Assembly: GCA_041746255.1 (NCBI GenBank)
Contig: JBGTHM010000019.1
Span: 64,001 to 128,000, forward strand
From: Fibrobacteria bacterium
GTDB lineage: Bacteria > Fibrobacterota > Fibrobacteria > UBA11236
Length of the DNA stretch: 64,000 bases
Direction: 5' to 3'
Shown here: positions 49,402 to 58,998 of the stretch, in pieces
Layout: every line of letters starts with the position of its first letter
Position numbering within the stretch: the stretch's first letter is position 1
Program-made: the position numbers and the translations under genes
The notes under the pieces: model-generated
What the model was told of the DNA's origin: nothing
Database searches by the model: none
The model's input: the letters and a program-made list of their open reading frames with translations, nothing else

Positions 49402-50200
49402 CACGGGATCCCTCCCCGACGCTTTCACCCTGAAGGACGTGCGCGAGGCGCTATCCGCGTCCCTCTTCCGCGGCGTGGAATTGGTGATGACTCCTTTTTT
49501 CTTGGAGCGCGCCGATGACCCGGATTTCTGGCTGCAAGCGCGGAATGAATTCGAAAGTTCCGGCCTTACCTTCCGTAATGTGCATATGGGCAATCCTCTG
49601 CTGTTATCCGGCGAGCCCCATGTTCCGGGCCTTGGCACGTTGGATGACGAGGGTCGCAAGCTTAAGTTTGAGACCGTGGAGCGCTCCCTGCGCGTGGCGC
49701 ATTTTCTGGGAGCTCCGCATCTTACACTCACCACGGGATTGCCTGAAGCGAATGTGGAACGTCAATTGGAATACTTCGCGGATGCGCTGCGTTGCTTGGT
49801 GGAGCAAAAACCCTCCGAGGTGAAAATCCTCATCGAGCAAGAGCCGGAACACATCATCCACTCCACCGGGCAATTGCTGGACCTCTCGGCCCGCCACCCG
49901 GGCCAAGTCTTCGCCACCTTCGACGTGGGCCATAGCGAAGTGGCGGGAGAGGATGTTGCAGCTTCGGTGGAGCGATTGGGTCCGGTCATCCGTAACCTGC
50001 ACTTGGAAGACATCAAGGACAGGGTGCATCGCCACCTCTTATACGGCGATGGCGATATCGATTTCGACCGAATTTTCGCGGCGGTCCGCCGCATCGATTA
50101 TCAAGGGGACATCACCCCTGATCTCTACCCTTTCAAAGACGATTATTGCGCAGCCATTTCCGCCAGTGAAAAGTTTTTGCGAAGCCACCTCTCGCTTTAG
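49388..50200 (+). CDS. Sugar phosphate isomerase/epimerase (TIM barrel)
   Basis: IEQEPEH, FDVGH, LHLEDI and HRHLLYGDGDIDF motifs; overlaps the cyclase stop. Confidence 0.85.
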   Translation: MLCYSTGSLPDAFTLKDVREALSASLFRGVELVMTPFFLERADDPDFWLQARNEFESSGLTFRNVHMGNPLLLSGEPHVPGLGTLDDEGRKLKFETVERSLRVAHFLGAPHLTLTTGLPEANVERQLEYFADALRCLVEQKPSEVKILIEQEPEHIIHSTGQLLDLSARHPGQVFATFDVGHSEVAGEDVAASVERLGPVIRNLHLEDIKDRVHRHLLYGDGDIDFDRIFAAVRRIDYQGDITPDLYPFKDDYCAAISASEKFLRSHLSL

Positions 50201-50333
50201 GCAAAGTTCGGTTTAGAGTAAAATTCACTACCTTTTTTCGTGCGTAAAAGGGCGGAAGGAATTATGATGGAGGGTAATGGAATGCCCGGTTTTGAATACT
50301 TTCCACCCCCTGTTTCCAACAAGGTAACGTACC

Positions 50334-51677
50334 GTGCATGTGGTAATTCCCCTGTTATTGGCATCCTTACTGCTTTCCTCTTGCGGATCGGGTGATCGCG
50401 ACGACTCCATAAGAATCCTGTGGGCCAATTTTGCCCCCGCCGACATCCTCTCCGAATTGGGGCGGCAATATGAACAGGAAACCGGTATTGCCGTCAGGGT
50501 CGTGAAAAAGTCCTGGGATGGAGCCTTCACCGACGCGACCTACGCGGAATTCCGGAATCGCGCCCAAAATTACGACATCATCATTGGGGACAGCCAATGG
50601 CTGGGTTTGGGAACCGTGGGCGGTCATTACCTGGAATTAACGGATTGGATGCACGAGAACTTGGCTTTAGATGAAATCGAGCCCGTGGCTCTGACGGGCT
50701 ATAGTGAATACCCCAAAGGATCCGGGCGCTATTATGCGGTGCCTTGTGAAGCGGACGCCATGGTTTGGGCCTATCGGAAAGATTTATTCGAAGATCCCAA
50801 CCACCAAAATGCGTTTCAGGAATTCCTTAGGCAAAAGGGGGTCGATAAGCCCTTTCCCCTTGCTCCTCCGGAAACCTGGGAAAACCTGAGGTTGATTGCG
50901 GCCTATTTTAAGGAATCTATTCCCGGAATGGCGGGAGTGATGATGGTCACTTCCCGAAGTTACGATATGGCCACCATGAGTTTTCAACAAATCCTCCATG
51001 CTTTCGGCGGAAAGTTCGGTGATTACAGTACGAATGAAGTGCTTTTCGATTCCCCCGAAACAGTGAAGGCGTTGACCTTTTTTTCCGACTTGCTGGAAAC
51101 GAGTACACCGGGCGGGAAAAACATGGGTTATTCCGAGGTTGGGTCTGAGTATATTTCCGGTCGCGCGGCCATGGTATGCAATTTTCTCGCTCTGCTCCCG
51201 TCGTTCGCAAGTCCGTCCGAAAATCCGGATTACCATGATAAAACCGGATATTTCAACTCGCCCAGCCATACTGACGAAAGCGGCGTCACCCGACGGTATA
51301 CCTCTTTCGGGGGACAGGGGATGAGTGTCAACGCCCATATCAACGCTAAAAGGCAAGGGCGTGCCAAGGATTTCATAAAGTGGTTCGCCTCCCGCGAAAT
51401 CCAAAGAATCTGGGCGGTCAAAGGGGGGCTGTCGGCGAATTTGGAAGTATTGAAAAGCCAGGAATTTCTGGATGCGGCGCCCTATAATCATTTGGCGGCC
51501 GAAGCCTTTTCCCTCATGCGGGATTTCTGGACGGTGCCTGAATATGACGAACTGTTGAAAGTGACCCAAAGGGAAATCACCTCGGTATACCAACAAGGCG
51601 CGGATGCAAGAGACGCTGCCGCACAGGTTCAGAAAGAGCATGAGATGATTCTCAAGCGACGAGGGCGCATCAAGTGA
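50334..51677 (+). CDS. Sugar ABC transporter substrate-binding lipoprotein
   Basis: Lipobox LSSC; YDIIIGDSQWLG, YRKDLF and GGQGMSVN motifs. Confidence 0.9.
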   Translation: MHVVIPLLLASLLLSSCGSGDRDDSIRILWANFAPADILSELGRQYEQETGIAVRVVKKSWDGAFTDATYAEFRNRAQNYDIIIGDSQWLGLGTVGGHYLELTDWMHENLALDEIEPVALTGYSEYPKGSGRYYAVPCEADAMVWAYRKDLFEDPNHQNAFQEFLRQKGVDKPFPLAPPETWENLRLIAAYFKESIPGMAGVMMVTSRSYDMATMSFQQILHAFGGKFGDYSTNEVLFDSPETVKALTFFSDLLETSTPGGKNMGYSEVGSEYISGRAAMVCNFLALLPSFASPSENPDYHDKTGYFNSPSHTDESGVTRRYTSFGGQGMSVNAHINAKRQGRAKDFIKWFASREIQRIWAVKGGLSANLEVLKSQEFLDAAPYNHLAAEAFSLMRDFWTVPEYDELLKVTQREITSVYQQGADARDAAAQVQKEHEMILKRRGRIK

Positions 51678-52561
51678 ACTCCTTGGCCGGATTCTCCCCC
51701 ATAGCGATTCGCAATTTTTGCATTTTACCGGCCCTGGGCCTGCTCATATCTTTTAATGCCTTTCCTTTACTGGCTTCGTTGGTGGTCAGTTTTACCGAAT
51801 ACAACCCTATCATCGACTCCGCTCCGCAATATGTGGGATGGCGTAATTATCTGGATTTACTCAATAGCCCGCGCGACGAAGTATGGGCCGCGTTTGCCCG
51901 CACTGGGGCATTGGTGGTTTTTGCGGTAGGATTGCAAACCGTTTTGGGGTTCGGGCTTGCCCTGCTTCTGCAACGACGCTTTTATGGCCAGGGTGTGCTG
52001 GTGTCCCTGCTATTGATACCCATGATGCTTTCTCCCGCGATCATGGGGTCATTTTGGCGTTACATGTTGAATGCGGATTATGGAGTGATAAACTGGCTGC
52101 TCGATTCGAGTTTGAGTTGGGGCGGGTCCACGCCTCTGGCGTTTTGGGGAGTGGTGTTGGCGGAAACCTGGATGTGGACGCCTTTCATGTTGCTGCTCTC
52201 GCTGGCCGGATTGCAAAGCATCCCTCCGTCGCTTTACGAAGCGGCTGCGGTGGATCGCGCCGGCGCCTGGTTCCGTTTTAGGCATATCACGCTACCGCTG
52301 GTGCTTCCCATGCTGCTTTTGGGAATCGTCTTCCGGGCCATGGACACCTTCCGTCTTTTCGATACCGCCATGGTTATGAATGGAAATTTGGAGGGCCAAC
52401 CGACGACTTTCGTAAGCGTGTTGCTGCATTCCCGCGGGTTCGGAGGAAGCCTTTCTTTGGGCGATGCCACGGCACTGGCTTACCTCCTCTTAGTGGTGGC
52501 CATAGCCCTTTCCGTATTGGTGCTTCGGCTGCTGGAAAGAGTACGGGAGGCCCGCCATTGA
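51674..52561 (+). CDS. Sugar ABC transporter permease
   Basis: WMWTPF and EAA loop (LYEAAAVDRAGAWFRFRHITLP). Confidence 0.92.
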   Translation: MNSLAGFSPIAIRNFCILPALGLLISFNAFPLLASLVVSFTEYNPIIDSAPQYVGWRNYLDLLNSPRDEVWAAFARTGALVVFAVGLQTVLGFGLALLLQRRFYGQGVLVSLLLIPMMLSPAIMGSFWRYMLNADYGVINWLLDSSLSWGGSTPLAFWGVVLAETWMWTPFMLLLSLAGLQSIPPSLYEAAAVDRAGAWFRFRHITLPLVLPMLLLGIVFRAMDTFRLFDTAMVMNGNLEGQPTTFVSVLLHSRGFGGSLSLGDATALAYLLLVVAIALSVLVLRLLERVREARH

Positions 52562-53409
52562 AAAATTCGCCGGTCGGTCGTATCACCTTGCTTCTCATTT
52601 ACGCGATGCTGTCATTGACTCCCATTCTTTGGATGGTTCTGACCGCGGTCAAGCTCCCCGCGGATACGGTGGCTTTTCCGCCACGGTTCGTCCCCGCAGG
52701 TTCCGCTCCGGAAGGGTCCTTTCTTTATCGTTTCTCTTGGACCAATTTCGAAAGGCTATTCGCCGATACCGAAACCATGCATTACCTCTGGAATTCCATA
52801 TTGGTGGCTTCTTTCAGTACTCTTGCATCCGTGGCATTCGGAACCTTGGCGGGATACGCCTTCAGCCGCTTTCCCTTTCGCGGTTCGCAAAATTGGCTTT
52901 TCTTCATTCTTTCCACCCGGATGTTGCCGCCTCTGGCGGTGGCGGTTCCCATCAGTTTCATGTATAGCCGCCTGGCTTTATTCGACACGCGTTTCGGATT
53001 GATAATCCTGTATACCTGCTTCAACCTTTCCTTCAGCACATGGATGATGAAGCTGTTTTTCGACGAGATTCCCACTGATTACGAAGAGGCGGCGATGTTG
53101 GATGGCCATTCCCGGCCGTCGGCTTTTTTCCGCATCGTGCTTCCACAGGCAGTGAGCGGGTTGTTGGCCACCTCGATTTTTTGTCTCATCACGTCTTGGA
53201 ACGAGTACTCCTTCGCCCTCACGCTTACCAGTACCGACGCAGTAACCATGCCGGTACGGATCCATGCCATCATCGGGGACGTCGGCGTGATTCCGTGGGG
53301 ATTGTTGGCCGCGGCCTCCCTGTTATTCCTGGCTCCGATTCTCATTTTCAGCTTACTCATGCGTAAACATTTGGTACAAGGCATCAGCTTCGGAGCGGTG
53401 AGGGAATGA
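52558..53409 (+). CDS. Sugar ABC transporter permease
   Basis: EAA loop EEAAMLDG and SWNEY motif. Confidence 0.92.
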   Translation: MKNSPVGRITLLLIYAMLSLTPILWMVLTAVKLPADTVAFPPRFVPAGSAPEGSFLYRFSWTNFERLFADTETMHYLWNSILVASFSTLASVAFGTLAGYAFSRFPFRGSQNWLFFILSTRMLPPLAVAVPISFMYSRLALFDTRFGLIILYTCFNLSFSTWMMKLFFDEIPTDYEEAAMLDGHSRPSAFFRIVLPQAVSGLLATSIFCLITSWNEYSFALTLTSTDAVTMPVRIHAIIGDVGVIPWGLLAAASLLFLAPILIFSLLMRKHLVQGISFGAVRE

Positions 53410-53657
53410 AAGACAAAGGAGAAATCTTATACCGTCGGCTTGATCGGGGCTCTATGGCCGTGATGGCCGCGGGTATCGGCATGGTACTGCAGCCTTGGAT
53501 TCACCTGCTTTTCCGCTTCGGTTTCGCTGTGATTCTGATGGGTTTGTTTTTCTATTTGTTCGCCTCACGTCTGTCCACCTTTTCAGGCCGTACCGATGAT
53601 GGCCAAGAAGCCGCCTCTGAATCTGAAAAAAAAATGAATAGGGTCGCGAATCCATGA
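53406..53657 (+). CDS. Small two-TM membrane protein inside the ABC operon
   Basis: 83 aa; 4-bp ATGA overlaps with both neighbours. Confidence 0.7.
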   Translation: MKDKGEILYRRLDRGSMAVMAAGIGMVLQPWIHLLFRFGFAVILMGLFFYLFASRLSTFSGRTDDGQEAASESEKKMNRVANP

Positions 53658-54778
53658 GCGGAGTGGCGCTGGAATTCGAAGGCCTGGGGAAGCGCTTCGG
53701 CGACTTTGCGGCCGTGCATCCGCTCAACCTTTCGGTGGCTCCCGGCGAATTGCTCGTTTTGCTCGGGCCCAGCGGTTGCGGGAAAACCACGACCTTGCGC
53801 ATGACGGCGGGTTTGGAGTTTCCCAGCGAGGGGCGAATCCTGTTCGACGGAAAGGACGTAACCCGCAAGCCGCCGGGTGAGCGGGATGTCGCATTCGTTT
53901 TCCAGTTGTACGCCTTGTATCCGCACATGACCGTAGGGGAGAATGTGGCTTTTCCCCTTCGCACGCAAGGGCGATCAGCCGTGGAAGCCAGCCGTGCCGC
54001 TTCCGCCATGCTCGAGCGGCTGGGTCTCGGCATGCTGGCGGGATCCAAGCCCAGGCAACTCTCCGGAGCCGACCAGCAGCGCGCGGCCTTGGCGCGGGCG
54101 TTAGTGCGGAAACCGCGGGCCTTTTTGCTGGATGAGCCGTTGAATACGCTCGATTCGGCCCAACGTGAATTCTTGCGGGAGCAAATCCGCGAGTTGCACA
54201 AAGAGATGGAAGCCACCACCCTTTTCGTGACCCATGATCAGGCCGAGGCCCTGGCACTGGGCGATCGGATCGCAGTGATGGGCGAAGGAAAGATTTTGCA
54301 ATGTGGCCCGCCCAGAGAAGTCTATGAAAACCCCAACAGCCTTTTCGTGGCCAATTTTTTGGGCACACCCGGAATGAACTTTCTCTTCGCAAGCCGAAGC
54401 GGCGAAGCGGTGCGTGTACAGGGCGCCGATTGGATGGTAAGGGTGTCCGACCTTCCCGACTCCAAAGCCGGGCTCGGCGAAGCTTGGACGAACAAAGACG
54501 GCCTTTATCTGGGCATACGGCCAGAACACGTCTTGCTCACCGGAGAGGGTGCGCCGTGTCAAGTGGAGCATACCGAGATGCTGGGAGCTTATAGCCTGGT
54601 CGATTTGCGCGCGGGTAAAGTCCGGCTCAAGGCGCGCGTTCCCGGTGGCCGCCGTTACCGGGAAGGCGATACCGTGGGAGTGAGCTTTCATCCCTCCGGC
54701 TGCCGCTGGTTCGACGCCGTCGAAGGCAACGCGCTGCCCTGGCATACCCAGGAGGTTAAATGCACGCCTTCTCGGTAG
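53654..54778 (+). CDS. Sugar ABC transporter ATP-binding protein (MalK-like)
   Basis: GPSGCGKT, LSGADQQR, LLDEP and VTHD motifs; TOBE-like tail. Confidence 0.92.
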   Translation: MSGVALEFEGLGKRFGDFAAVHPLNLSVAPGELLVLLGPSGCGKTTTLRMTAGLEFPSEGRILFDGKDVTRKPPGERDVAFVFQLYALYPHMTVGENVAFPLRTQGRSAVEASRAASAMLERLGLGMLAGSKPRQLSGADQQRAALARALVRKPRAFLLDEPLNTLDSAQREFLREQIRELHKEMEATTLFVTHDQAEALALGDRIAVMGEGKILQCGPPREVYENPNSLFVANFLGTPGMNFLFASRSGEAVRVQGADWMVRVSDLPDSKAGLGEAWTNKDGLYLGIRPEHVLLTGEGAPCQVEHTEMLGAYSLVDLRAGKVRLKARVPGGRRYREGDTVGVSFHPSGCRWFDAVEGNALPWHTQEVKCTPSR

Positions 54779-55797
54779 AAAATCTGAATTGTTCCTATCC
54801 GGACCGGCGAGCGGGAATGTTTCGGCGGCCTTCCGCCGATGCGGTCCACAACGTGCTTTCGAATATCACCTTCACGACCGAACCGGGCGAATTATTGGTT
54901 ATTCTCGGAGAAGGAGGCGCCGGCAAAAGCACCTTGCTCCGTGCAATGGCGGGGTTGTTAAAGCCATTGTCGGGTCGCATACTTGAAAACGGACGGGATA
55001 TCACGGCGATTCCGCCCCACTTGCGCGATATGGCGATGGTTTTCCAGAATTTTTCCTTGTACCCGCGCATGACGGTAGCCGAGAACCTGGCCTTTCCCTT
55101 GAAAGGCGGATCCTTCCCCCTTTCCGAAATCCAAAAAAGGGTGGAGGAAACGGCCGGTACCTTGGGTCTCTCCGAAAAGCTGGGACGTTACGCTCCGGAA
55201 TTGTCCGGGGGTGAATTACAACGCGTGGCATTGGGCCGGGCGCTAATCCGAAAGCCCAAGCTCTTTTTGTTGGACGAGCCTCTCACCAATCTCGATGCCA
55301 AATTACGTGAACAAATGCAGACCTATATCCGCCGGCTGCAAAAATACCTGCAGACCACCCTCCTATTCGTCACTCACGATGCAGAAGAAGCCATGGGAAT
55401 GGCCGACCGGGTCATGGTGATGCGAAAAGGCGAAGTGATGCAAATCGCCGCGCCCGAGGAAATCTATCGTAACCCCGCGAACTCCTATGTTGCGGGCATA
55501 CTGGGAAGCCCGGTAATCAATCTCCTCGCGCCGGAAGAAGCTTCCCGATGGGGTTTGCCGGACAATTCGGGTCGGATATTGGGAGTTCGGCCCGAACACG
55601 TGACGGTCACCGCCAGTCTCCAAGGCCGGGCCCGAGTCCGTGTTTGCCAGCACCTAGGGCATGCGCTGGTGCTGACCGTGGAGAGAGACGAGGTGCGCCT
55701 ACGAGCATTAGTGGAGCCCTTTTCGGGACTGAAAGAGGGTGACGCGGTGGACGTTAACGTGGATTTCAGGAATATTCTTCTCCTGGAACCGAGATGA
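54760..55797 (+). CDS. Second sugar ABC transporter ATP-binding protein
   Basis: GEGGAGKS, LSGGELQR, LLDEP and VTHD motifs. Confidence 0.9.
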   Translation: MHAFSVENLNCSYPDRRAGMFRRPSADAVHNVLSNITFTTEPGELLVILGEGGAGKSTLLRAMAGLLKPLSGRILENGRDITAIPPHLRDMAMVFQNFSLYPRMTVAENLAFPLKGGSFPLSEIQKRVEETAGTLGLSEKLGRYAPELSGGELQRVALGRALIRKPKLFLLDEPLTNLDAKLREQMQTYIRRLQKYLQTTLLFVTHDAEEAMGMADRVMVMRKGEVMQIAAPEEIYRNPANSYVAGILGSPVINLLAPEEASRWGLPDNSGRILGVRPEHVTVTASLQGRARVRVCQHLGHALVLTVERDEVRLRALVEPFSGLKEGDAVDVNVDFRNILLLEPR

Positions 55798-56040
55798 TTA
55801 CCCTCTCTTTGAGTTTTTTTAGTTTGAGTCGTTATTGAATCGCTCTTCTTTTTAGCTTGGAAAGGGAATGCGAATACGATTAATGCCTGACGAATAGCCA
55901 CTTTGGCAATATTTCCTGAAGGTCACCCCGATATTCCCACAGCAATGTTAATTGAAATAGCTTAAATTTATCCAGGTTTGGGTTACCTATCACCAGAAGC
56001 GCCTGCGACCGATAATGAGCCTTTGAGGAGAAGTTGAAAT

Positions 56041-57462
56041 ATGTACCGTGCCATGTTGTTCGGAGCAGTAATATTACCGATGGTTTTCTTGAATCCGGTC
56101 GAAGCCGCATTTAAACGCTGGGTTCCTTCGGCCGATCTGACTACGGCGCCGCAAACTATTTCAGCGACGGGTTTCTATACCAATATTGCTACGCAACAGG
56201 TTACGAGTGAAGCGGTGTATTTTGAAGTGAACTCCGCTTTATGGAGTGATCATGCTAAGAAAAAGCGATGGATCATCCTGCCTGCCGGTCAAAAGATTAC
56301 TTACAACGACACCACCGATTTTTACGTCTATCCTGCGGGTACCTTTTTCATCAAAAACTTCTATCACGAAACCGTTCCAGGCGATGCCTCGACCCAGCGG
56401 ATATGGGAAACCCGTATTCTGGTCAACAAAACGAGTGAATCCGATGCCACCCATCAGGAATGGTTCGGATACAGCTATAGGTGGAAACGCAATGGTTCGG
56501 ACGCGGATTTGGTCAAGGGTGATGCCGAGAGGGATACCTTGCATTTCTATCCGAATGGACTGGGAGCCGCATCCAAAGTCAGAAAGTGGGAGTTTCCCAG
56601 TTCCCAAAATTGCAATCAATGCCATGTCACCGGGGCAGACTACTTCGACTTGAAAACCAGGTCGGTCCTGGGCTTTTTCCCGGCTCAACAGAACATGCCG
56701 GCTCCCCTGCAGCCCGCCATCAATCAATTGATCTACCTTTTCAATAAGGGAGTTTTCAATTTGCAGCCGGACCCAGCCAAGGCGGCCCGTTGGTACGCCA
56801 TCGATGATGAATCCGCGCCTCTGGATAATCGGGCGCGGGCCTATATCGCCGCCAATTGCTCCGGCTGCCATGGAGCCCGTGGCATCGAAAATGGGCTTAT
56901 CGAAGGTCAAGAACTCAATTATGATTTCCATACCGGAACGCCCGCCATGGAGTTCCGGGATCGCTACTTAACCTACGACTATGGAATAGACAACTCCAAG
57001 CTGGTAGTTGCCGGAGCTCCGGAAAAATCCATCATCCTCCATCGTCAAAAACTGCGCAAACCCGACTATGTACCATCGGGATTACCCTTTGCAGATGACG
57101 AAGAGAATTTCGACCCTCTCTGGTCGCAGCAAATGCCGCCATTGGCGGTGTACGAGGAGGATACGACCGCCGTGCGTTTCCTGACCCAATGGATTAGCGG
57201 AATGGAGCCACTTCCGGCTTCCATACACGGACATCGCGCACCGTCGGTCTTTCAGAAGCCGGTATTACAGAATCGCCATCTTTACCTGCCCGCAGATCTG
57301 GTGTCCAAGCCCGGCCTTGCCGTGCAGGTGGTTGATGTCTCCGGTCGCAAGGTAGCCGTGGAAAAAATGGGTGAGGGCGTCTACCGTCTGGCCGCGTCGC
57401 TGCCGCGGGGATTATACCTATTCAAAGTGGGGAATCTCAGCTTTACGCATTACATCTTTTGA
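56041..57462 (+). CDS. Secreted diheme cytochrome c (SO2930/HNE_0200-like), paralog 1, T9SS-like tail
   Basis: Signal peptide; VNSALWSDHAKKKRW, ETR, CNQCH, RARAYIAANCSGCH and QMPPL motifs. Confidence 0.8.
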   Translation: MYRAMLFGAVILPMVFLNPVEAAFKRWVPSADLTTAPQTISATGFYTNIATQQVTSEAVYFEVNSALWSDHAKKKRWIILPAGQKITYNDTTDFYVYPAGTFFIKNFYHETVPGDASTQRIWETRILVNKTSESDATHQEWFGYSYRWKRNGSDADLVKGDAERDTLHFYPNGLGAASKVRKWEFPSSQNCNQCHVTGADYFDLKTRSVLGFFPAQQNMPAPLQPAINQLIYLFNKGVFNLQPDPAKAARWYAIDDESAPLDNRARAYIAANCSGCHGARGIENGLIEGQELNYDFHTGTPAMEFRDRYLTYDYGIDNSKLVVAGAPEKSIILHRQKLRKPDYVPSGLPFADDEENFDPLWSQQMPPLAVYEEDTTAVRFLTQWISGMEPLPASIHGHRAPSVFQKPVLQNRHLYLPADLVSKPGLAVQVVDVSGRKVAVEKMGEGVYRLAASLPRGLYLFKVGNLSFTHYIF

Positions 57463-57549
57463 TTTTTTTCGATGGATAATTTGGAAAGATACCATCATAA
57501 TAGTGAACGCTGGTTTTGGTCCAAGTCTTTAAGAGGAGAGAAAAAACCT

Positions 57550-58947
57550 ATGAAACGTGGCATGCTTTTCGGAGCGATGTTATTCCCGATTGCGTTGTTG
57601 AATTCCGCTGATGCTGCTTTCAAGCCTTGGACTCCATCGGAGGATTTGACCACCGCGCCGCAAACCATTTCGGCGACGGGTTTCTATACCAATATCGCCA
57701 CGCAGGCGGTTACACCCGAGGCGGTTTATTTCGAGGTGAACTCCGCTTTGTGGAGCGACCATGCCAAGAAAAAGCGGTGGATTATCCTGCCCGCGGGAAA
57801 AAAGGTGACTTATAACGACAGCACCGATTTTTACGATTATCCTGAGGGCACCTATTTCATTAAAAACTTCTATCACGAAATCGTTCCGGGAGATGCCGCG
57901 ACCCTGCGGATTTGGGAAACCCGTATTCTGGTGAACAAAGTAGACGCACAGGATTTAGACCATCAGAATTGGTACGGATATAGCTACAAGTGGAGACCAA
58001 ATGGATTGAACGCCGATTTGGTGGTGGGAGAGGATGGACTGGACGACACCTTGCATTTTTTTCCGAATGGAAAATCAGCGGCCGCCAAAGTTCGGAAATG
58101 GAAGTTCCCCGGCGCTGCCGCATGCAATACTTGCCACGGCACGGAAAATACCGGTAGTGAATTAAAGCCCCGTTCCGTTCTGGGATTTTTCCCGGCCCAA
58201 CAGAATATGCCGGCCCCCTTGCAGCCCGCCATCAATCAATTGGTCTATCTTTTCAACAAAGGGGTATTCGATCGCCAACCGAACCCTGCCCTGGCGCCCC
58301 GTTGGTATGCCATCGACGATGAGTCCGCGCTTATCGATAATCGGGCGCGGGCCTATATCGCCTCAAATTGCTCCGGTTGCCATGGCGAGAGGGGAATTCA
58401 AAGCAATCTGGCTCAAGGCGTATATGTGAAATATGATTTCCATACCGGTGTGCCGGCGATGGAATTACAGGATTACCAAATGGGCGATGATTTCGGTATC
58501 CCTGGGGCAAGGCTGTTGGTAGCGGGTGAACCCGAAAAATCGCTTATTCTGTATCGTCAAACAGTACGCAATCCGGATTTTGACCCCACGGCGGAGTTCG
58601 GAAACTTTGACCTGATGGGGGACCAAATGCCCCCCATAGCGGTGTTCGAACAGGACACCACCGCGATAAAATATCTGACCCAATGGATAAGCCAATTGCC
58701 CGTCGCCTCCATCGCACGTCGCGCGCCATCCGTATTCCAAAAGCCGGTATTGCAAAACCGCCAACTATTCCTCCCTGCCGATTTGGCCGCCAAGCCCGGG
58801 CTCAACCTGCAGGTTATCGATGCCGCCGGCCGCAAAGTGGCCGTGGAGAAAGTGGGGGACGGGGTATATCGACTGGCGGCTTCGCTGCCTCGCGGTTTAT
58901 ACATCTTTAAAGCCGGGAACCTGAGTTTTACGCACTATCTTTTCTAA
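57550..58947 (+). CDS. Secreted diheme cytochrome c, paralog 2
   Basis: GAGGAG RBS before ATG 57550; CNTCH, CSGCH and QMPPI motifs. Confidence 0.8.
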   Translation: MKRGMLFGAMLFPIALLNSADAAFKPWTPSEDLTTAPQTISATGFYTNIATQAVTPEAVYFEVNSALWSDHAKKKRWIILPAGKKVTYNDSTDFYDYPEGTYFIKNFYHEIVPGDAATLRIWETRILVNKVDAQDLDHQNWYGYSYKWRPNGLNADLVVGEDGLDDTLHFFPNGKSAAAKVRKWKFPGAAACNTCHGTENTGSELKPRSVLGFFPAQQNMPAPLQPAINQLVYLFNKGVFDRQPNPALAPRWYAIDDESALIDNRARAYIASNCSGCHGERGIQSNLAQGVYVKYDFHTGVPAMELQDYQMGDDFGIPGARLLVAGEPEKSLILYRQTVRNPDFDPTAEFGNFDLMGDQMPPIAVFEQDTTAIKYLTQWISQLPVASIARRAPSVFQKPVLQNRQLFLPADLAAKPGLNLQVIDAAGRKVAVEKVGDGVYRLAASLPRGLYIFKAGNLSFTHYLF

Positions 58948-58998
58948 TGAAGCCGAGTTTAGCTATACCTTGAATCCATAAAAGGAGTGAACCGAATT

